A stretch of 63,456 bases of DNA, filler included, from Craspedostauros australis (GCA_030167865.1; 15 parts of 15 records of this genome joined end to end with filler, not necessarily neighbours in it); one strand, 5' to 3'; shown: positions 1 to 11,865, counted from the whole stretch's first letter. Translations and numbers: made by a program. Notes: generated by a model from the sequence alone, not told the origin.

Positions 1-83
1 CTGACGGATTGATCACCCTGGCGGCGTAGTAAGTGCAGTGTTTGGTGCTCCCCTCTTGTCCTGTGTGTAATTGCTGATTATCA

Positions 84-1914
84 CCCCGTATGTCGCCCAC
101 CGGAAACCTTCCCCATCTGACACACATTCCGCGCAAGCCAGAACCGCTTGGGGTGGAGTTCAAAACCATTGACGATAGTGAAACCGGTATCATGATCCTT
201 TTTGAGATTCAACGCGGAAAGCAACAGATGGACCAGGCCAATCACGTGAGAGATTGCGGAAGGGCAACTGTTGCCTGTTCTCTGCGCATGGCTCTGGCAA
301 CGCAGGACATCGGGCGCAACAACATCCACATCGACATGTCAGACTTCGCCCTCCCCAACAGCATCTTCTTGGGAGATTCGTGGCTCGCATCTGTGCAGAC
401 ATGCTTGGAAATCGCTTCAAAGACCAAATCAGGATTTATTGGCATCATCAAGACTTCGTCCACGGGCTTCCCCCTCAAGTTTCTGCAAGAAAAGATGAGC
501 GATTGGCCCTCCGGAACACAGCTTCTTTTGAAACGCAACCGTGACGATGGAGATGTCAATTGCAATGACACTCCAACAGTTGAGATTCAATAAGGGACAG
601 ACTATTACCGGACACGGTATCCACCTCCGATGGGAGAAATTCTTGTTTTGGCCTCGAAATCTTCCAACTTGATCGACCACCAAATCTTTTCCCTCCTTTC
701 TCTCCTCCATTCACGAGTCCACCATGACTCAAGCATGACCGACCTGACACATGCCTCACTTTGGGAACTATATGCTCCTCAGATCCTCTTACTACAACAC
801 ACCTCGATTCCCTCCATGCTAATGACTACTGCACCATTGCTGTAGTCTTGACGCATGTATCCAACCTGCTTCAACCCGAGCAATGGAATCCGAGAGTGAA
901 ATCAAGCCACAGCCATTGCTTCATGATCGTCACTATTGAGTGTCATGACCTACACTGCAGTGTGTCTACGTGGATAAGAGCAAGGAACTGCAATAATTGC
1001 CTACCCTCAAGCACTGAACCAAGTACATCAGTGCAGGGTCCTATCAAGCTGTGTGGCATCGTTTCTTCATCCTACTAACACTACAAGCTAACTCATAATA
1101 ACAACAGACAAGGATTAGCTACAAAGCACTCTTCTACTCATTGTTACAGTAACAACTCTTCCATCAGTACACCTCTCTTGAACTGCATCACACGGCTATC
1201 TCAAAGCCAGCAGATTCAGGAGGCATCCTCCACCGATTCGCGCTGACTACGCTCGAATCCTAACTCCAACCGAGATATATGCCATGGGATACAAGTACTC
1301 GCGCGCTTCCGTGATTCCATTTGTGTTCTCCTCTGGATCAGGTCATTTGGGGCCATCCACGCCCTACATCGCGAAACGGATCGATGACAAACGCAGGCAT
1401 CGAACGAAGGAGGTTCCAAGACCCAAGGTGGCCAGTAAGTATTTCGGCGCTTCCAATGCCGTGGACACTCACAACCATGTGCGCCAAGATGTGTTGGGCC
1501 TCAAGAGGATCTGGGTGACAAAGGATGAATATTTTCGCCTGGTTACGACTCTGTTCGCCCTTACTGTCGTGGATGCAATGAGGGCTTATAAGTATCATCT
1601 TGGAGCTCGTCACAGGCATAAACAACTTACTGCAAACCTTTATCAACATGCTCGCAGAGGACATGATCTTCAACGACGAACATGCCACGCTATGGTGTCT
1701 GGAAACCAGATCTATTCTGACACAAGGGCACACCAGTGACAATATGGTCGATATGGTCGATGGGCCAAGCAACAGCGCGACCAACAACAACACCAGCACC
1801 AGCAAAAACGGCACCAACAACAACGAGGATATTCGCAGGGAACAGAAGCAGTCACCATACCGAATCGGCGATCATCACCTTTGTTGGCAAGTTCCGCTCA
1901 CGGAAGCCTACCAT
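84..1914 (+). pseudogene. piggyBac-like (DDE_Tnp_1_7/PGBD-type) transposase, disrupted
   Basis: Motifs LPHLTHIPRKPEPLGVEFK, GDSWLAS, IGIIKT, AMGYKY, VPRPKVASKYF, NAVDTHNHVRQ and WVTKDEYFRLVTTL. Split by the insertion at 578-1265, frameshifted near 1640, and truncated at 1915 by an LTR. Confidence 0.8.
578..1265. mobile_element. 688-bp inserted element (probable solo LTR) with AGTT...AACT termini and 5-bp TSD CCAAC
   Basis: CCAAC occurs at 573-577 and 1266-1270. Ends are imperfect inverted repeats (AGTTGAGATTCAA vs AGTTAGGATTCGA). Removing the element plus one TSD restores the transposase frame (...NDTPT/EIYAMGYKY). The same left end occurs at 43656 and 59857. Confidence 0.85.
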
Positions 1915-1997
1915 TGTCGAGATGTACATGTGAGTATACGTCAAGATGTACGTGTATATGTGCATCGTTCACCCGTTATTCTCTCATACGCACTTGG
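1915..1997 (+). mobile_element. LTR-like element terminus, family B (TGTCGAGATGTACATG...), copy 1
   Basis: Starts with the canonical TG. Near-identical to 49591-49674 and to the reverse complement of 62181-62269; all three share the exact left boundary with unrelated flanks. Confidence 0.75.
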
Positions 1998-2097
1998 NNN
2001 NNNNNNNNNNNNNNNNNNNNNNNNNNNNNNNNNNNNNNNNNTTAATTAATTAANNNNNNNNNNNNNNNNNNNNNNNNNNNNNNNNNNNNNNNNNNNN
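1998..2097. other. Artificial contig linker (Ns-TTAATTAATTAA-Ns); first of 14
   Basis: The same 100-nt spacer, with stop codons in all six frames, recurs at 3908, 11766, 14411, 23389, 39944, 43738, 45887, 48418, 49675, 56445, 58856, 60016 and 61856. The N run at 62130-62180 lacks the motif and is a normal scaffold gap. Confidence 0.97.
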
Positions 2098-2346
2098 TTT
2101 CTTCCCGTGGCGTGAACCGCAAGCTTTTGCCAACAAGGCGATGCCAGGTTTCCAGAGCATGCAGCACGGAGCACAATACCTGCAACTGTACGCACGAATA
2201 GAAGACAACCATCGATCTCCAAACGTCGACCTCTCAGGTTCCCTTACCTACGACGGCCAACCGTACGCGACATAAAGATACGATTTTGATCATACGACTC
2301 TAATACAATCCATATAATAGTATTCAAGTGCAGTGAAGTACCTATC

Positions 2347-3907
2347 TTATGCGTTGCAGATGAAGCTGCACCGCTCCCGCAACGATGAGACCTTCTTACT
2401 GGCCCCCCATTCGTCGTACAATCGGATTGACTCATTGAAGTGATACGTCGCGCCCTGAGTGTCATTCTTCGACAGCATATGTTCGGCCAAACGCTCGTTC
2501 GCCAACGCTTGATCCTGTGGGAATCCTGTTCGTGCCGAAATCCGAATTGCCTCCTGATAGAGCTGAACTGCGGCTTGGAATGCACTTTGCTGGTGTTTCC
2601 CCCTGTGTGCTTTCCACGCGGCCCTCTCTGCATTGAGGATAGCAAGGTAATGCACCGCATTCGGATTGCCCTTGTCTATCATAGTTCGGATGGCTTTGCG
2701 CGACCTTCGGGCAAGCCCTTTGATCTTGGCGCGCTTGGATCGTGAGAGATGCTCATCTTGATGGGCTACGATCGTTGCTGAGAGAGAAGAGAAGAAAAGG
2801 AAAAGGGTGGTTGTCACGTATCCAGGCACGAGCTTGATGTCGTGGTCGTAGGTCTCAAATGCCGTCTTGACGACGCTGTCGTAGTCACCAAAGTAAGCCG
2901 CCGTGAATAATTTAATCTGAAGCAGATCCCCCCTTTGCGATTCATCCTCTGTTTGATTGATGCGATGCATGACCGCGATCTCATCGAATACTTCGCCGAC
3001 GAGGATAGTTTCTTGATCTGATCGGCCTCTCAGGTTCAGCACCATTTGCCATCTGCTGGATAGCTGCTCACCGGCCTTGCTCTGATTGAAGTCCTCGCAA
3101 AGATCTGTGTACGTTGATAGGTCCACATCCAGATTTCCCAATGACTTCGCCGTCACCAAGCACAGGTCCAGGTAGAAGATTATCGTCCATAGAGCTATCT
3201 GGATGTCCCCCGCAGCCATGCCTTCTACGTGTGCATCAAGCACTGGCTGTTTGCAGCTCTCGTATGGAACCATGTTGTTGAGGACCATGCCGTACGAAAT
3301 AAAGGTTGTCCGGGCTGCTGCCGACTTGTTGCTGTTTGCTTTGCGCAGTTGGATTGCATAGTCGGCATATTGTCTTGCAGTTTCCATGTCGCCCAAGACA
3401 GGACCGACCATCATCGCAAGACTTGCAATGGAAGGCGAGGTGAAATTCATTCTTCCTTTGGACAAAGCATTGTTGATCGCATCAAGTGAGACCAAGGGTT
3501 GCATGCCTGGATCAGCAACGAACGCAGCCAGCATGTACTTGTCCATGGTTTTCATGGTCAGCTCATCCATCGGATCGTCGGATGGCTGCATCGACTCCAG
3601 ATACTGTATCGTCCACTTCTTTGCGGACGCCTTCAGCTTTATCATCCGTTTGATGACCGTCAGCATCCTCACAGTGCTGTTCTTGGGGTACCGATACCCA
3701 AGCTTGGCCATAACTTCGGCCCCCAGCTTCATCACATCGCTCGCTTTATTATGCTGGACCATAGCCAGTTCCCCATCCATTAGCACGTGATATGCCCTCA
3801 TCTTGTCGATCAAGGGACAGTCATCGCGCTCGACCACCGCATTGCCATACTTCTGCATCATCTCAAACCTGTTGCTCACATAAGCGCATTCTGCGGCGGA
3901 TGTGAAA
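2347..3907 (-). CDS. C-terminal part of a COG3899-like signalling ATPase / TPR-like helical protein (5' truncated by contig end)
   Basis: 510+ aa ORF with helical repeats and the C-terminal pattern QDQALANERLAE...AxYHFNESIRLYDEWGASKKV typical of this family, which is expanded in diatoms. Confidence 0.7.
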
Positions 3908-4743
3908 NNNNNNNNNNNNNNNNNNNNNNNNNNNNNNNNNNNNNNNNNNNNTTAATTAATTAANNNNNNNNNNNNNNNNNNNNNNNNNNNNNNNNNNNNN
4001 NNNNNNNCTGTGTGGTCGTCGTATCTTTTGTGTTTCCGATTCATGCGATCGTAGCTCCATGTCTCCGGTTCGTGCGGTCGTGGCTCCAATAAGTGTCACA
4101 AATCGTTGGTTGGCAGAAGGCTGGTAATTTTAGATATTATCAATTCAACATAACTCCATACGGAGTAATAATTTGAATACGAACATGGGACCCCGTGAAT
4201 TAATTTCGATGTATAATTAAATGCGCTACAATAATGAGATTCTTCGGGCTTGGTGGTGAAGGAAGGCGCCTACCTACAAGCACAAGGAATGTGCCCAGCT
4301 ATCTCCGCGGCCACCAGCTGAATGAAGCAACTCGAGCAGAGACAACATCCTGCAGAAGTCGGCAGCGCTCCACAAGCACTACACTTCGTGTCACCCACAT
4401 ATTACGCTTTATTGATGCTCTTACCAGGAACGTTGAGATCAATTCTTTGCATGTAGTCTACATACTATTATATCTTATCGTACTCGTAGTTGAACAGGTT
4501 GTGATGGACCCCCAAGCGCAAAGCGACTGCGCTTGGTCTACAGCATATGTATGTGTAGTGCACCAATGCTCCATTCTTCTTTCGACAGCAACCGTTCGAG
4601 TACTCGTGTTTATGCAACAGACGAACAAACAAACAAGCGAACAACAACAACCGCACCACCAGGATTCTCCTCCCAATCATGCTGTGGCACTAAGTGGAAG
4701 AAGACGGCGTGGTAGCGAAGTGTGCGTGCCATATCCCATTTCA

Positions 4744-6489
4744 TCAGGCCGCCCCGGCACTCGTGAGATCATCTGCCGTCGCATCGCCCTTGAACTCATT
4801 GTTTTCGAACCGTCCTCGCAGGACCGCAAGCTTGGAATTCTCTTGGCACAGCTTCTTGCGACAGAACAAGGTGCCTTCGCCATGCATCACGCCATTCGTG
4901 AAGTCGCCAACGTACAGATCGCGATTGTCGAAGCGGAAGACGCCAGCTCCGTGCGGGACGCCTCTCATGAGGCTGCCGTTGTAGGAACCGGTGAAGGCGA
5001 TGCCCCTGATGATGAGCTGCAGCCGAAGTCGGTGGGCCTGGATGGGGAGCGGCTCGCTGTCTTGCATCAGGAGCTTGCGGGACGGACGGCCCGGCCGGCA
5101 CTTCATGAGGAGCTGGACGGTCTCGATGTAGCGGGTGGCGGCGGGAAGATCCACATCCTTGGAGGAGTCCAGGTCGGAGACTGAGAATCCAGAGATCGGG
5201 ACGAACGGCTGGATGGCCATACGCTTCGGCTCGATGACTGGGGTAACGTCGTCCGAGGAGGGAAGCCGGCACCGGACGAATGGTTCGTCGAATGGTGTCA
5301 GGAGTGACACCATGTCCGAAGTGACGCTTTGGTTTTCGCCTTGGTTGGAGTTCCGCAGCGGGATTTCGATCCTGTCTGGCACTTCAGCCGGTGTTCGCAT
5401 GGAACTCGGAAGGTAGCTCAGGTTCGCAACCCCGACTGGGTCACCAATGTCGCATTCGGCGGCTGGGTCGTCCTCGGGGAGGAGACGTGGGTAGTGCACA
5501 GATGGGAGGGGGCTGTGATCTTGCTGTTGCAATTGCTCAAGCAGCGACAGCTGTTGTTGTTGCTGCTGCTCTTGCCCCGCTCGCCTTTGGTTGCATTGCA
5601 GCAGGAGCTGTTGCTGCTCTTGGACTTGCTGTTCGTGCTGATGCTTCATGAGCAGGCTGGGGTCTCCGAGCGTGCCGATCAACTCGCGAACGCAGCTTCG
5701 AAGAAAAGCCAGTTCCTCGTTTGCGCTGTCGGTCTTCGTATTGGGAGTTACTCCTTCGTCCATGGCACGTTCAAAGGCCCCCTTGAAGAATCCGAGACGT
5801 TCGTAGCGCGTGGCATGCGTTGTTGCCGTCTTCCCAGCGGCCTGGCCAAAGGCCTTCGCAGCCACGACCGATTCGGCCGCGTTAAGCTCGTGCTCGCCAC
5901 ATAGCTCGTCCAGACAGTGCGCCTCGAACTGCACGATGTCGTGGTCGAGGAGACGGGTTGGCTGGGATGGCACGTTCGTCTCGATGTGCGACAGCAAGTC
6001 TTGATATCCCGATGATGCGTAGGAAAGGAACATATGTGGTGTGGATGCGTTATGATCATCATCGAGTGACGACGATGTCACACTTCCGCGTTGTCGTGAA
6101 GAAGAAGATGATGAGGACGACGACGTAGACGTGGATGGGATTGGCAGCGAGAGCGATCCGGAATCAGTGGATGGCTGCCTCCTTGTCATGGGAGGCGTCG
6201 TTTCGGTTTTTCCAGCGCCGTGTTCTCCCTCCTTTTGCTTCTGCTCCTGTCCACATTCCGCGGCCGGTTCATCAAAGAGCAAATCGGACGGGATTGCTGG
6301 TGCGGCGTAAGGAAGGAAGAGGTGGGGTGACGGCGAGGTTTCAACGCGGCTGCCAAGCAGGCTGGAGAGCCCGCTGATGCTGCTGCAGACGGAGTCGGAA
6401 TCGACGAAGAGATGTGGTTCTTCATCGAAGTCATCTCGAAGGATGAACTCCACATCCCTGAAGGCCTGGACTTGCATGGCGACCGACAT
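4744..6489 (-). CDS. Low-complexity protein with C-terminal MORN repeats
   Basis: YNGSLMRGVPHGAGVFRFDNRDLYVGDFTNGVMHGEGTL fits the MORN consensus; polyQ and polyS tracts upstream. Start placed at MSVAMQ (6489), although the ORF is open to 6843. Confidence 0.75.
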   Translation of the reverse strand: MSVAMQVQAFRDVEFILRDDFDEEPHLFVDSDSVCSSISGLSSLLGSRVETSPSPHLFLPYAAPAIPSDLLFDEPAAECGQEQKQKEGEHGAGKTETTPPMTRRQPSTDSGSLSLPIPSTSTSSSSSSSSSRQRGSVTSSSLDDDHNASTPHMFLSYASSGYQDLLSHIETNVPSQPTRLLDHDIVQFEAHCLDELCGEHELNAAESVVAAKAFGQAAGKTATTHATRYERLGFFKGAFERAMDEGVTPNTKTDSANEELAFLRSCVRELIGTLGDPSLLMKHQHEQQVQEQQQLLLQCNQRRAGQEQQQQQQLSLLEQLQQQDHSPLPSVHYPRLLPEDDPAAECDIGDPVGVANLSYLPSSMRTPAEVPDRIEIPLRNSNQGENQSVTSDMVSLLTPFDEPFVRCRLPSSDDVTPVIEPKRMAIQPFVPISGFSVSDLDSSKDVDLPAATRYIETVQLLMKCRPGRPSRKLLMQDSEPLPIQAHRLRLQLIIRGIAFTGSYNGSLMRGVPHGAGVFRFDNRDLYVGDFTNGVMHGEGTLFCRKKLCQENSKLAVLRGRFENNEFKGDATADDLTSAGAA

Positions 6490-7790
6490 GGTGGACGATG
6501 GCGATGTCGATGACGGTTCAGATAGCTGTGCTACGCTTGATTGGACTTTTGTTGCACTTGCTGATTGCACTTGCTGATTGCAATGATTTCTGTGGAACGA
6601 CACTCGCGATCCTCGTGAATGTTGTGGTATCGTGTGTCGAGAAGGATGGAAACCTGTGAAAGATTGCAATGGAATGCTCTCCAAAGAATCGTTTCGTCGC
6701 TGGAGTGGTTGTGTACTGGCGGCGTTCGGGCTGGTGCTCTCTGGAATCGCCAACGCCTTTCGCGGAAGCTGGGCAAGGACGAGAGGCGTGCTGATGAAAT
6801 GACGGATGCACGGGCCTTTTGGTATGGCACGGTGAACTCGCACTCTTGTATGAAGTATGAATTGTGGGTGTCGGAATTGTCTTTGGACTCAACGCCACAA
6901 CACTGTGGTGGATTCCTTCGCTTGTGCTTCTTCGGGATGCAGTACGTGCACTTCCACTGCTCGCACGAGTGCTACTATGGATGGGCTTCGGATGAGCGAG
7001 GGTGCTGAAATCAATGACATGATGATGGCGCAACGGCCTTCTGCCGAGGGGCGACGGAGGACACATGGTGTGGATGTGTCCCATCTGGACCAGCACCACC
7101 ATGTGAACATGCCCCCTCCATGACGAAGGCACATGGTGCATCAGCGCCTGATGGATCGTGGGAGCCTCTGATTTTGTGATCATCCGCACTTCGTGTGCCA
7201 AACCACGACCCAAAAACAGGATTGGTTCCGAATTGACACGATGTGACAGAAGCGAAACTCGGAAAGGACCCGGATGTGGAGCGTTGGTCGATCAGGTCAA
7301 CTTGACCTCTCTGACTTGACGTGTTCGTGACGTCACGCGTTGAAGAAGAAAGGAAATGTCGCACCAGATCGCTTTTTGCCACGCACACCCCAAAGCGAAC
7401 AAGTTGGTGACGCTGCTTCCTACCCCTTGTTGGTATCATCGTTGTTCCTCCCATCACCAGCACCACCAACGAACGCAGCAGAAGAAATCGTGGTCGCGTT
7501 GTGCGTGGTACTGTGCTCACGCGCCATCTGCGAAGGGGGCGCCAAGTGGGTTGGTTGATGTGTCAGCACAGCCAATCTTCCAAGAAATTGGCGGCATCGT
7601 AGCAAAGAACAACGATACGCACACGCCAACCAGCGAGAATGCTTCGAACCAACACAAGAGGAACATTGTAGGAGCGCAAGCAATACATGACACATCAGAG
7701 AGTGCTCCATCCTCGCACATCATCACATCACATCCTGCACAGAACACGTTGCCCTCCGCAGCTGACAACAGATCCAACAATCGTAGTTCG

Positions 7791-7850
7791 CACCATACCA
7801 TAACACCATACCACATCATACCACACCATACCATACCATACCATATCGTA
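7791..7850 (+). repeat. (CATAC)n pentanucleotide microsatellite
   Basis: Imperfect run of ccatac/catac units in the intergenic region. Confidence 0.8.
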
Positions 7851-8074
7851 CATACTCGTCCGAGTACCATCCTCTTGCCATACGCTCCTGTTGACGGATC
7901 TACAATCGGGTACGTCCGAGTGCGAACAGATCGACACCACGCGTGCTCTGCTCTACTATATACTCTACTCTGCACTACGCTGCACAATTCTATGCATCAG
8001 CACTTTGACGCAATCACAATCACAAGCCCGCTCCCGACCTTGGTGACCTGCATAGCTCGTCGAGTAATTGCACC

Positions 8075-9217
8075 ATGATGCGGCCTACTGGTATCACGGC
8101 TTCTCGCGTATTCACCGTGCTGTTGAGCACGGCAGCGTTGGCAGCGGCCTTCGTTCCATCAATCCATCACCGACGACAGCTCGCCGCTCCAAGTATTGGT
8201 GAAAAGAACGCTTTCCTTGTTGGCCACAAGGATGGCGGCGCTCCAAGGTTCGCGATGACGTCGCTGTTCCAGCTCAGATCTCAGGTCAACGCATCCATGG
8301 ACAAACAGCATCAGCAGCAACTCGTTTCGCACATCCCCGATCCAAAGACTCGCCAGAAATCCACGAAGTTCGAAATAGAATTCCGCAACCTGCTGGAAGG
8401 AATCCTCTACACGCAAGAACAGATCGATGCCGTCCCCTATTCCAAAGTCCGCACCGTCGTGCACGGCATCGCAGCAAGCTATTCCGAACCGGCCGTCTAC
8501 CGAGCATTCGAAGTGCTGTACGAGGACCACGCGCCGTTGCGCATCGCAGGACGCCTCGTGTATTCCAAGATGAAGCAGACAGTGGAGACGTCGATCGAGG
8601 CGCACGACGCAGAGATGGGGCGTCTCCGAACCGCCGAGAGCATCGGAGTGTCCCTCGACGAATTGCAGGCAAGCTGGAGGACGTTCGGTGACTTCGCGGG
8701 TGGAACTCAGCTTGGGATCAAGACTTTCCGATCGCAGATGCTGCCGCTTCTCATGGAGGAACTGCATGGGATAGAATCGGGCGAGATCTGCGACGCTGTT
8801 TTCCAAGGAATGAAAACCGTTGGATTTGCAGACCTCATCCTCAGGACGCAGCGGCTGCTGCTGCTCTCCGGAGCATCATCGCCGCATTCGTCAGCAACAG
8901 CGATGCGACATGTCATCGATTTTGATCGATACGCGAGCAGCAAGCAGGGAGTTGACAAAAAACTTCAACGGATCAAAAAGCACAACGTCCGTTACGATGA
9001 GATGCTCACGATCTTCGATGGGTGGAAGCAATACGCTCCATCGGGCGAAGGAAGGCGGCTCGACATTCTCCGAGGTTGCTTTGTCGGCGCCGGAAATGAA
9101 CATGTTGTGGAGGCCCTTCGAGTCATCTACACCGAGTATTCCGCGCTGAGGATAAGCGGTGACTGGATCTTCAAAATCGTGTCGGCGATCATGAAATCAA
9201 CCATCAAATCAACGTAG
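8075..9217 (+). CDS. Hypothetical protein with bipartite plastid-targeting presequence
   Basis: 380-aa ORF; hydrophobic signal peptide ending AALAAA-FVP (ASAFAP-like cleavage motif) followed by a basic transit-like segment. Confidence 0.75.
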   Translation: MMRPTGITASRVFTVLLSTAALAAAFVPSIHHRRQLAAPSIGEKNAFLVGHKDGGAPRFAMTSLFQLRSQVNASMDKQHQQQLVSHIPDPKTRQKSTKFEIEFRNLLEGILYTQEQIDAVPYSKVRTVVHGIAASYSEPAVYRAFEVLYEDHAPLRIAGRLVYSKMKQTVETSIEAHDAEMGRLRTAESIGVSLDELQASWRTFGDFAGGTQLGIKTFRSQMLPLLMEELHGIESGEICDAVFQGMKTVGFADLILRTQRLLLLSGASSPHSSATAMRHVIDFDRYASSKQGVDKKLQRIKKHNVRYDEMLTIFDGWKQYAPSGEGRRLDILRGCFVGAGNEHVVEALRVIYTEYSALRISGDWIFKIVSAIMKSTIKST

Positions 9218-9550
9218 CACCGTACGAATAAGAAGTCCACCGTGAGACGCCATCACACACAACGAGTAGAGAGTTGGTGTAATGCAATATTACGAAAATA
9301 TAATATAATTCCATTGAAATGAAGAAATAGTCGCACCACCGCCGCCACTCTGGTGGCAACGCTCGTCGGTGAATGTCATCAAGGTTCGATCTCCAAGCCG
9401 CTCTTTCAAAGTAGTCTATTGGCGCATGGTCGTCGACGTTGCCAAGTCGATTGCCATACTCTGCACCACTCTCCTGTCTCTGGAGAGTGTTCCAGTTGAC
9501 GGTTGACTCTGCGCCGAGTGGAGCACTCTGCGGTCATACTGTGGAGTATT

Positions 9551-11089
9551 TCAGTTGCTGGCTTGCAGCTTTTGCTCGATTTTGTAGAGCAGAGAGTATT
9601 GAGAATGGAAGGGTCCCATGCACTTGTCTCTGCACGGTAATGCAATCCGTCTCAAAGCTGTAGTTCGATTGAATGGGCTGCCAGCATCCTGCAGCAGCGC
9701 CATGCTGTTTTCCTTCCCGAAATGATTCACAAAACCTCTAATCCAGGACCTCGGTTCGTCGCCGAGTTGTGAACCCCGATCCTTGTACGACCTGCTACTT
9801 CGAGCCCTCCACTTCTCGGCGCGATCCTCGAGCCCTTTGCGGTTGTCGTTTGGGCGCAGGAAGGCCTCAAAAGTTCCGATGTAGTGGTTGATATGAAAAA
9901 TATCCTCACGCTGCCCCCAAGGAAGGGGGCATTGTGAGTCGAGCAACCGATGGACGCTCATCTGTTCCCCCACGAAGTTCAGCTTGGAGACATCCGCGAT
10001 GGCCTTGCCAGCGTAGCCTTTACCTTCTACGTGGCGGAACCGCAGCGTCTGGAATCGATACGGATCCAAGAAGTCAGGGACGTCACGTCGTACATGCATA
10101 CTAGGACTCTCAAAGGAACTGAGTTGCGTGCGTTTTGTGGTGATGCATGGTCGTTCGAAGTGACTTGCTCCATTCGTGATGTTGTGATGTTGGATCTGCT
10201 GGAGAGCGTCGAAGAGGCTCCCTGGCTCAGCCATCCTGTCGGACGCGTTGGGAACGGTGATGCTGTTCAAGACGATGATCTCATCTGTGTCAATGAAGAA
10301 GGACCATGTACGGTTGCGTTCCTGGAGATACATGGAGCATCCGCGGTAGAACTCTTCCTGGTTCGCGATGTGTACATCGTATGCCTGCTCGGCAGCTTTC
10401 TTCCTGTTCTTCATACGGGGCAACTGAGCCCGCCACTTCAATATCGTTAGCCTCCTTTCTTCATCTCTGGCGAAATCATCGAGGTTGTGCCACACCGTGA
10501 TATTCATCAGACCCTCCCATCGTGCAATCAGCGGTTGAAGGTGCTGTGTGCTTTGGGGATCGCGGAAGATGACGAGAGTGCGTAAATTGAATGTGAAGTA
10601 GTGGTACGCGATCCATTCGACGAGCCGTTGTGTGTCGTCCATCCAGATGAGGCAAGCGGAGGATGTGTTGCTGATCGGGAGATCAAGCGAGGGTGGAGGC
10701 CGAATTGCACCGTTGCCTGCAACGGTTGATGCCGTCGTTGTTGCGTTTGCTATTGCTTCTGTTGGTGCCATCGTTGGTGCCGTTGTGGGGGATGGAGCTG
10801 TTGCAGTTGCGGTTACATTTGCTGCCGCTGCTATTGACGATATCGCATCGTCCAAAGGCGGATGCGGTTCACTTGCGACGGTGTCATTGTCGGTGTTCTT
10901 CTCAGCAATGCCGGCGCTGTCAGGGGTGACTCCACCACCGGCGATGATTTCACTCAACATTGCACCGCCGTTGACATCAATCAGATCGTCCGCATGCTGG
11001 GTTGGCGGCTGAATGCTGATGAGAAGATTGAGGGTGACGACCAGCACCATCGCAAATGCCACGCGGTTGCTCATCACCGCCTTTGGCAT
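9551..11089 (-). CDS. Type II membrane glycosyltransferase (GT92/GT2-like)
   Basis: N-terminal TM helix, Thr/Ala/Pro-rich stem, SACLIWMDD...LVEWIAYHY, DxD motif FIDTDE, late INHY motif. Confidence 0.75.
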   Translation of the reverse strand: MPKAVMSNRVAFAMVLVVTLNLLISIQPPTQHADDLIDVNGGAMLSEIIAGGGVTPDSAGIAEKNTDNDTVASEPHPPLDDAISSIAAAANVTATATAPSPTTAPTMAPTEAIANATTTASTVAGNGAIRPPPSLDLPISNTSSACLIWMDDTQRLVEWIAYHYFTFNLRTLVIFRDPQSTQHLQPLIARWEGLMNITVWHNLDDFARDEERRLTILKWRAQLPRMKNRKKAAEQAYDVHIANQEEFYRGCSMYLQERNRTWSFFIDTDEIIVLNSITVPNASDRMAEPGSLFDALQQIQHHNITNGASHFERPCITTKRTQLSSFESPSMHVRRDVPDFLDPYRFQTLRFRHVEGKGYAGKAIADVSKLNFVGEQMSVHRLLDSQCPLPWGQREDIFHINHYIGTFEAFLRPNDNRKGLEDRAEKWRARSSRSYKDRGSQLGDEPRSWIRGFVNHFGKENSMALLQDAGSPFNRTTALRRIALPCRDKCMGPFHSQYSLLYKIEQKLQASN

Positions 11090-11865
11090 GGTTGTGGTGT
11101 GTTATCGTCAATTCATGGGTTGGTGCGCAACTGAGGCTCTGGGTTTTGGCCTTGATGCCGTTGGTTCGAAGCAGACTTCGCTCTGGGAATGTGTTGTTTG
11201 TATGGTCCTCTGCGGCTGCACAATGCAATCACTCTTGAGATAGCTGCAGGAATACAGCGGAGAGACCGATGGAACTCCACCTGCGCTGGGATGGTGCCAT
11301 CAACTTCACTGGACAGATCGATCACGATCCTGTTTCAACGGTCCAACATCCCCATCATCATTTTCCATCATCGTTTTCCACAACATTGTCCACGAGTCGT
11401 GTTTTTGTTGTTGATTTCTTCGCACAATCATAAAATTGTCGCAAATCAATGAAGTGAAACGAGGTGAAAAAGCAAGTTACAACACACGTGAAACTGATTT
11501 AGAGTGAAAAAGAGTAAAGATGCAGATTATGAGTCTTACCGATGTCGTATGCGTCAGTGCTGTTGTCTCATTGCTGTGTGGTCCATGGTTGGTAGTGGCG
11601 GCTATCGTGTAACGCCGTTTCAACGGTTTCATACATATCCCGGTTTGAAAGAACACGTTTCTCACTTCTCAACGCAAGATACCTACTACCTCCAGGTCGC
11701 AGTTGATGCACTCACGATAACACTAGTTGTGGAGTTTTGGCCCCTTGTTGTCACTGGTTTGCTTGNNNNNNNNNNNNNNNNNNNNNNNNNNNNNNNNNNN
11801 NNNNNNNNNTTAATTAATTAANNNNNNNNNNNNNNNNNNNNNNNNNNNNNNNNNNNNNNNNNNNN

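Noticed and set aside
550..1276. GAGAT as the TSD of the insertion in the piggyBac-like gene
   Set aside because: Excision at GAGAT leaves a frameshift; the CCAAC boundaries restore the frame and match the other two copies.
2042..2053. TTAATTAATTAA recurring 14 times as a possible piggyBac target or regulatory motif
   Set aside because: Always centred in identical N padding; it is an artificial six-frame stop linker.
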